This document shows, in pieces, positions 9,426-18,972 of a stretch of 64,000 nucleotides of DNA (within the stretch, counting starts at the first letter, position 1; each line of letters starts with the position of its first letter). Origin of the DNA: an uncultured Bacteroidota bacterium (GTDB lineage: Bacteria; Bacteroidota; Bacteroidia; NS11-12g; UBA9320); NCBI GenBank assembly GCA_937124965.1, contig CAKZLB010000046.1, forward strand, positions 100,776 through 164,775, in the 5' to 3' direction. The position numbers were made by a program, and so were the translations under genes. The notes beneath the pieces were generated by a model. That model saw only the letters and a program-made list of their open reading frames with translations. It made no database searches and was not told the DNA's origin.

Positions 9426-11300
9426 TTACAATACAACAAACTTAACTTGAGCGATACGTTCTTTCTTGTTATCCAATACCTGAACAAAATACATACCCTG
9501 CATCATTTCAACGGTTGGAAACTGAATTTCATTAAGTCCTTTTTTAACAAATGTTGTTAGAAGTTCCCTAACCAATTTACCGTCTACAGTGTAAATATTA
9601 AAAGTTAGCTCCTGGTCTTTTTCAGAATCAAATTGAATAATCGATTGCAAGGTTGCTGGATTTGGAAGAACCATCAAAGAACTTTCACTATTAATCACAG
9701 TCAGTTCATTGTTAACTTGTACTTTACCAATTTGAACTCCATATCTGCCAAGCGGTGCACCCTGAGAAAAAGGACGTCCAAAAGAACCAGACATCCAAAC
9801 CACACCTTCCTCGTTATATTTTGTTTGAATTCCTGTATAATCACCCCAACGCTGCAACGTGTCTGCTTGTCGATTGATTGACATTTCTCCAACCTTAATG
9901 TTAACCACTGGCGAGTAGATTGGTTTCTGACCAACAACTCGATTATGAAGTATTGCACTAGTTCCCGGAAAATCTAATTCTGATGTGTGCGAAAAAGTGA
10001 TAACCGAAGCATGAGGAAAATCACTATTTCCTGCAAAGGCGATGCTTGGGTACGCGTATTCGAATGTATCAGACTGTATATAATTTGCTTGAATTTCACC
10101 AGTTTCGTTGTTTATAAAGCCATGAAAAACTCCAGGCATTTTTGTTTCAGGAACTATTGTACTTTGTACAAATTGAATATATCCATCTTCTGAAATTGCT
10201 GAAAGTACACGGGTATCATTTGTTGCCAAAAGTTTGGCCGGGTCTGGTTGATATGCAGATGGGGGAACGCCGTACTTTTTGTCTGCCGTCAAAACCCTTA
10301 AACTATACTCTGCATTGCCAGATAATCGCGTATCTGTAATTTCATGGAGAAACACAGTATCATTTGATGCGGTGCTTGGTCTCACAGATAAAAACTGCAT
10401 GCCAGGAGAAGTAAAACTACTTCCTCCTTGAACAGTACAAATACTCCAAAGTGGTTGATTGTTGTATTTTAAATCATACCAAACATCTTCGTAAATAGTA
10501 TCCAGCCCAGCGTAACCAGAAGCCTTGTCTACTTGCCATATCACGGATTGTGTAAACCCCTCTTGCCAACTTTCACCATCTCGTAAAATATTTACTGTTA
10601 CAAAAAAGTCCTCTTCAGACAAGCCAATAATTGGGTAATCAGACCACGTTTGTTCACTAAAAGGGTTTCCATTGATTGCGTAAAAATTCCACGTTGAGTT
10701 TGGATCGTTTGTTTCACTAAAACCGACTACAATTCTAGTATCTGCACTTGTTGATCCTTGTAAAAAGACCAAGATAAAACGATCTTCAACTGGATCATAG
10801 GCAACTTTTGGATCGTATGTACGGTCGAGATTTGGTAGTTGCGAACCTACAATTCCAGATAATGGATAATAGCGAATATACTTCCCATCTTCCTCAAGAA
10901 TACTTACAGAAGAGTTCACCACGCTAACAATCTTACCATCGTTAGATATCGCCATGTCATTATCATTTGGAATTCCTGGAACTGCCGTTAACCCAACAAA
11001 AGAAGCTTCAACTGCAGGTTCAATATCTTTCGAGTTCTCTTGATATTTATCTAATCTTGATGTGAATTTTCGTTTTCTATTTCGGTCTAACTGCTTTTTG
11101 AGGTCGTCTGCATGACTCTTAGGACGTGGAGCTACCTCATCAACTAAATATACATGTGGTTTGGACTCCTCTAGATCCGAAAACTTGAGGCTTCGAATTT
11201 TTTCAATTGGAATATCTCGTTTTACTTTGTACTCAAAATCTTGTGCAAATGCATAGGTAAAAGACAGTAAAGTACTTAGAATAATAGCAAACCTGTTCAT
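9426..11300 (-). CDS. Secreted protein with T9SS type-A C-terminal sorting domain (hypothetical cargo)
   Basis: Signal peptide MNRFAIILSTLLSFTYAFAQ. C-terminus LMVLPNPATLQSIIQF...FNIYTVDGKLV...GMYFVQVLDNKKERIAQVKFVVL. Confidence 0.6.
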   Translation of the reverse strand: MNRFAIILSTLLSFTYAFAQDFEYKVKRDIPIEKIRSLKFSDLEESKPHVYLVDEVAPRPKSHADDLKKQLDRNRKRKFTSRLDKYQENSKDIEPAVEASFVGLTAVPGIPNDNDMAISNDGKIVSVVNSSVSILEEDGKYIRYYPLSGIVGSQLPNLDRTYDPKVAYDPVEDRFILVFLQGSTSADTRIVVGFSETNDPNSTWNFYAINGNPFSEQTWSDYPIIGLSEEDFFVTVNILRDGESWQEGFTQSVIWQVDKASGYAGLDTIYEDVWYDLKYNNQPLWSICTVQGGSSFTSPGMQFLSVRPSTASNDTVFLHEITDTRLSGNAEYSLRVLTADKKYGVPPSAYQPDPAKLLATNDTRVLSAISEDGYIQFVQSTIVPETKMPGVFHGFINNETGEIQANYIQSDTFEYAYPSIAFAGNSDFPHASVITFSHTSELDFPGTSAILHNRVVGQKPIYSPVVNIKVGEMSINRQADTLQRWGDYTGIQTKYNEEGVVWMSGSFGRPFSQGAPLGRYGVQIGKVQVNNELTVINSESSLMVLPNPATLQSIIQFDSEKDQELTFNIYTVDGKLVRELLTTFVKKGLNEIQFPTVEMMQGMYFVQVLDNKKERIAQVKFVVL

Positions 11301-11380
11301 ACCTCAAATTTAATTTTATTTAAATGAAATGGTAAACTTGAAAGAAAATCAAAAACAAAAATGTGACCTACCTTTGAGTC

Positions 11381-12979
11381 GTGAAAAAACTTCTACTAAA
11401 TCATAAAATCGAATTAACGGTTTTCATCACTGTAATCATTTCCTTTTTTTACAAACTAGGATACATGCCTCTTAGTGCTGATGAACCGATAAGGACTCTC
11501 ATTGCGATTGATATGATTTACGATGGAAATTATATTTCGCCTAAGCTTAATGGAGAGACTTATTTAAATAAACCGCCTCTTTACAATTGGATACTTGTCG
11601 GTTTTATTAAGATTTTTGGTTCGGTTGAGGAATGGGTAATTCGGCTTCCGAGTATATTATCCCTGCTATTGTTTGCTGGTGTTATTGGTTATATAACAAA
11701 CAAAGAGTTACCAAATAAAAAAGTCGGTTGGATTGTTGGTCTCAGTTTTTTAACCACCGGTAACATTATTATTTATTCTTCATATTTGGGACATATAGAT
11801 ATTACCTATTCCCTTGTAACGTTCCTTCAAATTTATCTCTTATATCACTTCTCCTCCAAAAACAAATGGTGGCAAGCTTTCACAGTGTCATATGGTTTAG
11901 CTTTTGTAGGATTTATGATGAAAGGACTGCCTAGTATTGTATTTCAAGGAATCAGCATCCTTGTTTTGCTGTACGTCTTTAAATCGATACGAAAGCTAAT
12001 TAGTAAAGAACATGTTGTATCAAGTTTGGTTTTCGTATTCCCTCTTCTGTTATACTTATACCTCTTTAGTCTAAATGACGATGTATCCTCTCTTCTAAAT
12101 AAGTTGGTGCTAGAAAGCGGTAGTAGAACTATTGCTGATAAGTCTTTTATGGAAAGCATTAGTCACATTTTCACCTTTCCTTTCACGTATTTTGTTGACA
12201 TTTTTCCTTGGGGGATCATGTCATTGATTTTGTTTTCGTCATCATCTAGAAAAATTATCAGAAGCAACCCTTTCTTAAAAATTTGCTTACTTCTTTTTTT
12301 AAGCAACATAATAGTGTACTGGTTATCTCCAGACTATCGTGCACGCTATGTGTTTATGTTAACTCCCTTTTTGCTAATTCCTTCTATTTATTGTTTTAGA
12401 ATCTTAGTTCCTTTAAAATGGACTAAAAGGATCACTGTAGGTGTTGGTGTAGCAGTACTATTAAGCATTGTCGGTATGTATGTTTATGCTAATTATTCAT
12501 CACAATCATACGTTTCACCATTTAACTTTTTTGTTCTAATTATTCTTGGTGGTTTTATGTTGTTTGGAATATTTCGCAACAAAAACAGAAAGTACTTTTA
12601 TTATTTTTTAGTCTTTTCATTGGCAATGGGTAGGATTGGCTACTCGTATTATATGGTTCCTTATCGTGTAATGAGTGGACCATACTTAACTGAAAAATTA
12701 GAGGGTGAAGAAATTGCAAAAATTACGCATGGAGAACCATTAGCGATGTACAACTGCAATGTGTCTAATACTATGAATTGGTACATTACTATTAATCGAC
12801 ACAAGTCATTGTGCACCGTTACCGAAGACTATTCCTTTGACTCATATTACTTAGTTCCTACTGAAGTGATTAAGGATACATCAAATATCACAACGTATTA
12901 TACCTTTGTTCGTAGATTTGAATCAAAACCATTTAGTTTGGTCAAGTTCAAATACCGATTTCCAGAGATGCCTAAATAA
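11381..12979 (+). CDS. ArnT/PMT-like membrane glycosyltransferase (GT39/GT83 family)
   Basis: GTG start. Multi-pass membrane protein with N-terminal loop motif GYMPLSADEPIRTLIAIDMIYDGNY...LNGETYLNKPPLYNW, characteristic of undecaprenyl/dolichyl-phosphate sugar-utilising C-type glycosyltransferases. Confidence 0.7.
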   Translation: MKKLLLNHKIELTVFITVIISFFYKLGYMPLSADEPIRTLIAIDMIYDGNYISPKLNGETYLNKPPLYNWILVGFIKIFGSVEEWVIRLPSILSLLLFAGVIGYITNKELPNKKVGWIVGLSFLTTGNIIIYSSYLGHIDITYSLVTFLQIYLLYHFSSKNKWWQAFTVSYGLAFVGFMMKGLPSIVFQGISILVLLYVFKSIRKLISKEHVVSSLVFVFPLLLYLYLFSLNDDVSSLLNKLVLESGSRTIADKSFMESISHIFTFPFTYFVDIFPWGIMSLILFSSSSRKIIRSNPFLKICLLLFLSNIIVYWLSPDYRARYVFMLTPFLLIPSIYCFRILVPLKWTKRITVGVGVAVLLSIVGMYVYANYSSQSYVSPFNFFVLIILGGFMLFGIFRNKNRKYFYYFLVFSLAMGRIGYSYYMVPYRVMSGPYLTEKLEGEEIAKITHGEPLAMYNCNVSNTMNWYITINRHKSLCTVTEDYSFDSYYLVPTEVIKDTSNITTYYTFVRRFESKPFSLVKFKYRFPEMPK

Positions 12980-12987
12980 AATTATCA

Positions 12988-13920
12988 ATGCCAGAAGTAT
13001 CAGTTGTGATTGCAATGATGAACGAAGAGGAAAGTATTCAACCTCTTCTAGAACGATGTTATAAGGCTTTAGAGCAATTGTCCTACGAATTAATTTTGGT
13101 TGATGATGGATCGTCTGACGGCACCATAGATGAAGTAAACAAGTATGCCAACGAGCATACACATGTGGTCGAGTTTATGAAAAACTATGGCCAAAGCTCA
13201 GCACTACAAGCAGGTATTGATCAATCGAAAGGTACGTATATCGTAACAATGGATGCTGATTTGCAAAATGACCCTTCAGATATCCCAATGCTTTTGGAGT
13301 TAATAAAATCTAAGAAATGGGATTTAGTAGCTGGAGAGCGGGTTAATCGTCAGGATGGTATGCTAATACGAAAAGTACCGAGCAAAATTGCGAACTATTT
13401 TATTCGTAACCTTACACAAGTCCAAATAAAAGATTACGGATGCACACTTAAAATTTTCAGGAAACAAATTGCCAAAAATCTAAGTTTATATGGTGAACTT
13501 CATCGCTTTATTCCTGTATTAGCGGCTATTCAAGGTGCAAGAATACATCAAGTTCCTGTGAAACACCATTCTAGAGAGTTCGGTAAATCAAAGTACAACT
13601 TAAATAGAACATTTAAAGTTATTAGCGACTTAATATTGATGGTATTCTTTCGCAGATACCTTCAAAAACCTATGCACCTTTTTGGTACATTAGGTACAAT
13701 TATTTTTGGAGTTGGGGGTGTAATAAACAGTTACTTTTTAGTACAAAAAATTCAAGGCCATGACATTTGGGGGAAGCCGATGTTACTATTGGGAATTCTA
13801 ATGCTGCTAGCTGGTGTTCAACTAATTACCACTGGAATCGTGTTAGAGTTATTGATGCGAACGTATTATGAGTCGCAGGATAAAAAAACCTATTCCGTTC
13901 GCCAAATTCACTCATACTAA
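12988..13920 (+). CDS. Family-2 glycosyltransferase, polyprenol-phosphate sugar synthase type (ArnC/DPM1/GtrB-like)
   Basis: VSVVIAMMNEEESI...LVDDGSSDGT...MDADLQNDPSDIP (DXD region). C-terminal transmembrane helices. Confidence 0.85.
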   Translation: MPEVSVVIAMMNEEESIQPLLERCYKALEQLSYELILVDDGSSDGTIDEVNKYANEHTHVVEFMKNYGQSSALQAGIDQSKGTYIVTMDADLQNDPSDIPMLLELIKSKKWDLVAGERVNRQDGMLIRKVPSKIANYFIRNLTQVQIKDYGCTLKIFRKQIAKNLSLYGELHRFIPVLAAIQGARIHQVPVKHHSREFGKSKYNLNRTFKVISDLILMVFFRRYLQKPMHLFGTLGTIIFGVGGVINSYFLVQKIQGHDIWGKPMLLLGILMLLAGVQLITTGIVLELLMRTYYESQDKKTYSVRQIHSY

Positions 13921-13926
13921 ATAGCA

Positions 13927-14796
13927 GTGAAACCAACGTTGAAAAAGCATTCATGGACTGTTCTCAAAATTACGCTGAGTGTTTTAGGTTTCTGGTTTGC
14001 TTTTAGCAAAATCGATTTTCATCTATTCAGAGATGCGCTATCGAATGCCCAATTCTCACTGCTTATTGTTAGCTTGATTCTTTACGTTTTAAGTCAAGTT
14101 GTTTCTTCCTATAGGTTGCAAGTTGTTTTAGATTGTGTTCCACACAAGATTCCGTTTTTATGGAATTTACGGCTATATTTTCAGGGAATGGCGTACAACT
14201 TGTTTTTGCCAGGTGGTATTGGAGGTGATGCATACAAAACGATCGCATACGCCAAAAAATCGAACGACAAATACAAACCAAAAAAATACGTTATTCCTCT
14301 TTTAGGGGATCGCTTGATTGGATTAGTTGGAATAGTTGTTTTGTTAACTATATCGTCGGCATTTTTAACCAAAATCTCTAATTATGGTTTCGTTCGGACA
14401 TTGTTGTTCATTCTAACCCCAGCTGGCTTAATCGTAGGCTATTGGCTACTCAAAAAGTTTTACAAACAGTATGTCACCGTATACTTCCTAACGATCGGTT
14501 TATCGATAATTATACAATTATTGCAACTATTAGCGGTGTTCTTTATTGCAATGTCGATAGGTCTTAACTCCGTTGAAGTAATGCCAATATTGGCAACAGT
14601 ATTTTTAGTCTCTACCATTGCAACCGCAATACCTGTCTTCTTGGGTGGATTGGGAGCGCGAGAAATTGTTTTTGCTTCTATGTTCCCTATTTTTGGTTTT
14701 GACTCAGAAATAGGCGTGTTGATATCAATACTATTCAGCTTAATAGTAGTAGTAAGTTCCGTGCCTGGATTAGGGTTGGGCTTAGTAAGAGACTAG
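13927..14796 (+). CDS. Flippase-like membrane protein (lysyl-PG synthase TM-region/UPF0104 family)
   Basis: Polytopic membrane protein with LPGGIGGDAYK and GGLGAREIVF motifs. Third gene of the ArnT-like/GT2 cluster. Confidence 0.6.
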   Translation: MKPTLKKHSWTVLKITLSVLGFWFAFSKIDFHLFRDALSNAQFSLLIVSLILYVLSQVVSSYRLQVVLDCVPHKIPFLWNLRLYFQGMAYNLFLPGGIGGDAYKTIAYAKKSNDKYKPKKYVIPLLGDRLIGLVGIVVLLTISSAFLTKISNYGFVRTLLFILTPAGLIVGYWLLKKFYKQYVTVYFLTIGLSIIIQLLQLLAVFFIAMSIGLNSVEVMPILATVFLVSTIATAIPVFLGGLGAREIVFASMFPIFGFDSEIGVLISILFSLIVVVSSVPGLGLGLVRD

Positions 14797-16086
14797 CTAG
14801 TTTCTTACTACGGTTTGTACTCGATCTGGACCGAGAGAAACTACTTTAATTGGCACTCCAACTTCCTTTTCCAACCAATCGATATACGATTTAAATGTTG
14901 ATGGGAACTCCGACTCAGCTCTTACTGTTGTCAGATCCTCTGACCAACCTTCATGTTCTGTATAAGCAGATTCAAATTCAGCTGAAACAAAATCGAATGG
15001 AATCGTTGAAACGTGTTCACCTTTGGCGTTAATATAACCAGTACCAACACAAACTTTTTCAAATCCGCTCAAAACGTCAGATTTCATCATAATCAACTCA
15101 TCAACTCCACTAAGCATTACAGCGTACTTAAGCGCTACGAGGTCCAACCAACCGCATCGTCGAGGTCGTCCAGTAGTTGCTCCAAATTCGTGACCCTTTA
15201 CACGTAAATCTTCACCAGTTTGATCAAATAGCTCTGATGGAAATGGTCCGCTTCCTACTCTTGTACAATATGCCTTAAAAATACCTTTTACCGAACGTAC
15301 GTGTTTTGGGGCAACGCCCAAACCAACTGTCATGCCACCAGAAATTGTGTTTGAAGATGTTACAAAAGGATATGATCCGAAATCGATATCAAGCATAGAA
15401 CCTTGAGCACCTTCAGCAAGGATTCTTTTTCCTTGATGAATTAAGTCATTTATAAAATATTCGCTATCAACAAATTGATAGGTTTTTAGCTCCTCAATCG
15501 CTTGAAAGAACTCATTTTCTAAAGATTCTAAATCAAATTCGGTAAAATCATAATGTTGAATAAGAGCTAAATGCCGTTTGATTGTCTCAGCATATTTTTC
15601 GGTAAAATTTGGATCAAACATATCTCCAGCACGAATTCCACTTCTACCGTACTTATCTCTGTAAGTTGGCCCGATACCTCGAAGAGTTGAGCCAATTTTT
15701 TGATCACCTTTATCTTTTTCTGACGCGGCATCAAGTAGCTTATGAGTAGGTAAGATTATGTTAGCCTTTCTACTTATAAAGAGGTTCTTCTTGACGTTTG
15801 CTCCTGCAACTTCAGTACGTTTTATTTCTTCCATCAATCGTACTGGATCCATAACCACCCCGTTGCCGATTAAATTGATACAATTCTCGTGAAAAATTCC
15901 GCTTGGAATAGTATTTAAAACGTGTTTTATGCCATTCATTTCTAAACTATGGCCAGCATTTGGACCACCTTGAAAACGAGCCACAACATCATAATTTGGT
16001 GTTAAAAAATCAGCTATTTTGCCTTTTCCTTCATCACCCCACTGCAAACCTAGAACAACGTCTACGTAACCTTGTGTATTCGACAT
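14797..16086 (-). CDS. purA: Adenylosuccinate synthetase
   Basis: VVLGLQWGDEGKGKIADFL P-loop and GIGPTY motifs. Full length (429 aa). Confidence 0.95.
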   Translation of the reverse strand: MSNTQGYVDVVLGLQWGDEGKGKIADFLTPNYDVVARFQGGPNAGHSLEMNGIKHVLNTIPSGIFHENCINLIGNGVVMDPVRLMEEIKRTEVAGANVKKNLFISRKANIILPTHKLLDAASEKDKGDQKIGSTLRGIGPTYRDKYGRSGIRAGDMFDPNFTEKYAETIKRHLALIQHYDFTEFDLESLENEFFQAIEELKTYQFVDSEYFINDLIHQGKRILAEGAQGSMLDIDFGSYPFVTSSNTISGGMTVGLGVAPKHVRSVKGIFKAYCTRVGSGPFPSELFDQTGEDLRVKGHEFGATTGRPRRCGWLDLVALKYAVMLSGVDELIMMKSDVLSGFEKVCVGTGYINAKGEHVSTIPFDFVSAEFESAYTEHEGWSEDLTTVRAESEFPSTFKSYIDWLEKEVGVPIKVVSLGPDRVQTVVRN

Positions 16087-16099
16087 AAGTCTTTATTCT

Positions 16100-16609
16100 T
16101 TATTCAAATGAAACTTGATTATCACAATTTAAACACAACCCATTTTCATCAATCTTTGGTTTACCATAAAGATTTAGAGAGTGTTGTGTTACTTCAAAAT
16201 TGAGTAAATCACCCATGGTAGATGACGTTTGTTGAATTCGAGGATCACAAAACTCCGACACCTTTCCACAAACAGTACAAATCATATGGTCATGCTGTCT
16301 AAACCCATACGCTTGCTCAAATTGGGCCATGTTTTGACCGAATTGGTGTTTAACAACCAACCCACACTCAAGTAATAAGTCTAAGGTGTTGTAAACCGTA
16401 GCTCGACTTACTTGATAGTTACGATTTTTCATTTGGATGTATAAGGTATCAACATCAAAATGATGTTTTTTCGAATATATCTCGTCAAGAATCGCATAGC
16501 GTTCTGGGGTTTTTCTCTGCCCTTTGAGTTCGAGGTACTTTGTAAAGATGTCCTTAACCTCAGCCCGAATGTTCTTTAGCTGCTCACTCATTTTAAAAGT
16601 AAAGAGCAA
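16100..16609 (-). CDS. fur: Fur-family metalloregulator
   Basis: Winged-helix region [11 protein letters not shown]...[18 protein letters not shown], HxH site [16 protein letters not shown] and second pair CLNCD. True start may be the internal M at 16591. Confidence 0.85.
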   Translation of the reverse strand: MLFTFKMSEQLKNIRAEVKDIFTKYLELKGQRKTPERYAILDEIYSKKHHFDVDTLYIQMKNRNYQVSRATVYNTLDLLLECGLVVKHQFGQNMAQFEQAYGFRQHDHMICTVCGKVSEFCDPRIQQTSSTMGDLLNFEVTQHSLNLYGKPKIDENGLCLNCDNQVSFE

Positions 16610-16675
16610 AGTTAGTCAAAACATGCGTTTATAAACTGAAACTAATAAACAGATTATCCAACTTCTAGACGAAGC

Positions 16676-18874
16676 TTACTCCAAGTCAGTTCGAATGACC
16701 TCGATATGTGGATCACTAGATTTTATCTTTTTTATAAGTCCTTCTAAATGGCTTGTGCTATCTATTTCTAAAATCAGATTTCCAACAAATGTCCCATCTT
16801 TCGCAGCAAATGACACTTTCTTCATGTTTACTTTTAATTCTCTCGAAATAATGTCTGTCACTTTACTAACTAAACCTACGCTATCAATTCCTGTGATTTC
16901 CAAGCCTGCTGAGAATGAATGATCGATTATCGGGAAGCCAGCCCAACGCGCTTTTATTATTCTGTAACCGTAATTAGACATCAGTCTTTCTGCATTCTTG
17001 CAGTTCGTGCGGTGCACTTTGATTCCATCTCCTACTGTAATAAATCCTACTACATCGTCTCCAGGAATTGGAGAGCAGCATTTAGCAAAAGAATACTCAA
17101 GGTCCAAACTGTCGTCTTCTCCAATGATTAAATCTCCCGCTTTTTTAGTCGACTCAACCGGTTTTTCGATTGACTTCTTGCCTGATTCTTTTCTTTCTTT
17201 ATGATTAGCAATTATCTCTTTGTAAGAAATCGTTGACTTTGGCATTTTGTCCTCTTGAACTAATACGTAAAAATCTTGCTCGCTCATTATCCCAAAATAC
17301 AAACACAAAATTCTCATGTTTTCAGTATTCAGAGGAAGCTTCCAATTTCTAAACTTGCGAATAAGTATTTCTTTCCCTTCAGTAGCTTTTTTACGTTTTT
17401 CGTCTTTTAGGACTTGTTTAATTTTTGTACGTGCCTTTCCTGTTACAACAAATTCTAACCAGTTTTTTGAAGGTTTTTGTTTATTTGACGTAATAATTTC
17501 AATTTGATCCCCACGACTAAGTTGATGACTTAAAGGCACTAACCTGCTATTTACTTTGGCTCCGATGCATTTGGAGCCAACTTCTGTGTGAATTTCAAAG
17601 GCAAAATCCAAAGCAGTGGCGTCTTTGGGAAGTTTTTTGATATCCCCCTTTGGTGTAAAAACGAAAATCTCTTCACTGAATAGGTTTAATTTGAAATCAT
17701 CTAGAAAGTCTATCGCATTACTCTGAGGATTTTCTAAAATTTCTCTAATACGCGCCAACCAATCGTCTAATCCGGAATCTCCGGTTTGCCCTTCTTTATA
17801 GCGCCAATGAGCAGCATAACCCATTTCCGCAATTTCGTCCATTCGAACTGTCCTGATCTGAACTTCAACCCATTTTCCTGATTGACCCATTACCGTGGTA
17901 TGTAACGACTCATAACCATTACTTCGTGGGGTTGAAATCCAATCACGCAGTCGGTCAGGGTTTGGACGGTAAATACTCGTAACAATTGAATAGATATTCC
18001 AGCAATCTAACTTCTCCCTTTCAGGTTTTGAATCCACAATAATTCGAACAGCAAATAAATCGTACACCTGTTCAAAATCTACCTTCTGCTTTCGCATTTT
18101 CTGAAGTATTGAATAAATAGATTTTGACCGACCTTTAATTTCAAACGATAGTCCAAGCTGCTCTAACTCTTGTTTTACAGGCTTTATAAACTTTCGAATA
18201 AATCGAGTTCGCTGCTCTTTCGTTGCACTTAACTTCCCTTTAATTTCAGCATATACCTCTGGTTCTGTATACTTTAACGCCAAATCTTCCAATTCAGTTT
18301 TGATAGGGTAAAGTCCTAGTCTATGAGCTAAAGGTGCATATAAATACTTCGTTTCAGATGCAATTTTCAATTGGCCTTTGTTGGACATGTGTTCCAACGT
18401 CCTCATGTTATGTAATCGATCACAAAGTTTAATTAGGATTACTCGAACGTCGTCGTTCAGGGTAAGCAACATACGACGAAAGTTTTCTGCTTGAGGAGAG
18501 TTTGATTGGCCAAAGTAGCCACTCATTTTGGTCAAACCATCAATAATGTTTGCGACTTTTGATCCAAATTCTGACTCAATATATTCTAATGAGGTATCAG
18601 TATCTTCTACTACATCGTGCAACAATGCACAAACAATTGCAGTAGTTCCTAATCCAACCTCTTCTGCTGCAATACGTGCAACAGCAATCGGGTGATAAAT
18701 ATAGGGCTCACCTGACTTTCTACGCATGTCTTTATGCGCATTAACCGCCAACTCAAAAGCCTTTCTTATAATCTTGCCATCGCCTTCTTCACGAGTTCCT
18801 TTTGAAACCCGCAATAACCCTCTATAACGATTGAGTATTTCTTTTTTTTCTTCCTCTAACTCATGCAACTGCAT
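16676..18874 (-). CDS. relA: Bifunctional (p)ppGpp synthetase/hydrolase (RelA/SpoT homolog)
   Basis: HD hydrolase domain (HPIAVARI...LHDVVEDT) and synthetase domain (YESLHTTV, RTVRMDEIAEMGYAAHWRYKE). TGS and C-terminal ACT domains. 732 aa. Confidence 0.9.
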   Translation of the reverse strand: MQLHELEEEKKEILNRYRGLLRVSKGTREEGDGKIIRKAFELAVNAHKDMRRKSGEPYIYHPIAVARIAAEEVGLGTTAIVCALLHDVVEDTDTSLEYIESEFGSKVANIIDGLTKMSGYFGQSNSPQAENFRRMLLTLNDDVRVILIKLCDRLHNMRTLEHMSNKGQLKIASETKYLYAPLAHRLGLYPIKTELEDLALKYTEPEVYAEIKGKLSATKEQRTRFIRKFIKPVKQELEQLGLSFEIKGRSKSIYSILQKMRKQKVDFEQVYDLFAVRIIVDSKPEREKLDCWNIYSIVTSIYRPNPDRLRDWISTPRSNGYESLHTTVMGQSGKWVEVQIRTVRMDEIAEMGYAAHWRYKEGQTGDSGLDDWLARIREILENPQSNAIDFLDDFKLNLFSEEIFVFTPKGDIKKLPKDATALDFAFEIHTEVGSKCIGAKVNSRLVPLSHQLSRGDQIEIITSNKQKPSKNWLEFVVTGKARTKIKQVLKDEKRKKATEGKEILIRKFRNWKLPLNTENMRILCLYFGIMSEQDFYVLVQEDKMPKSTISYKEIIANHKERKESGKKSIEKPVESTKKAGDLIIGEDDSLDLEYSFAKCCSPIPGDDVVGFITVGDGIKVHRTNCKNAERLMSNYGYRIIKARWAGFPIIDHSFSAGLEITGIDSVGLVSKVTDIISRELKVNMKKVSFAAKDGTFVGNLILEIDSTSHLEGLIKKIKSSDPHIEVIRTDLE

Positions 18875-18972
18875 ACTTCAAAAATACACTAGGTTACGTA
18901 TATTAAATATTGAAATCATTAGAAAATAATAACAGAATTAAGGAATTCATTTACCCTTAAAACAAATTGAAT

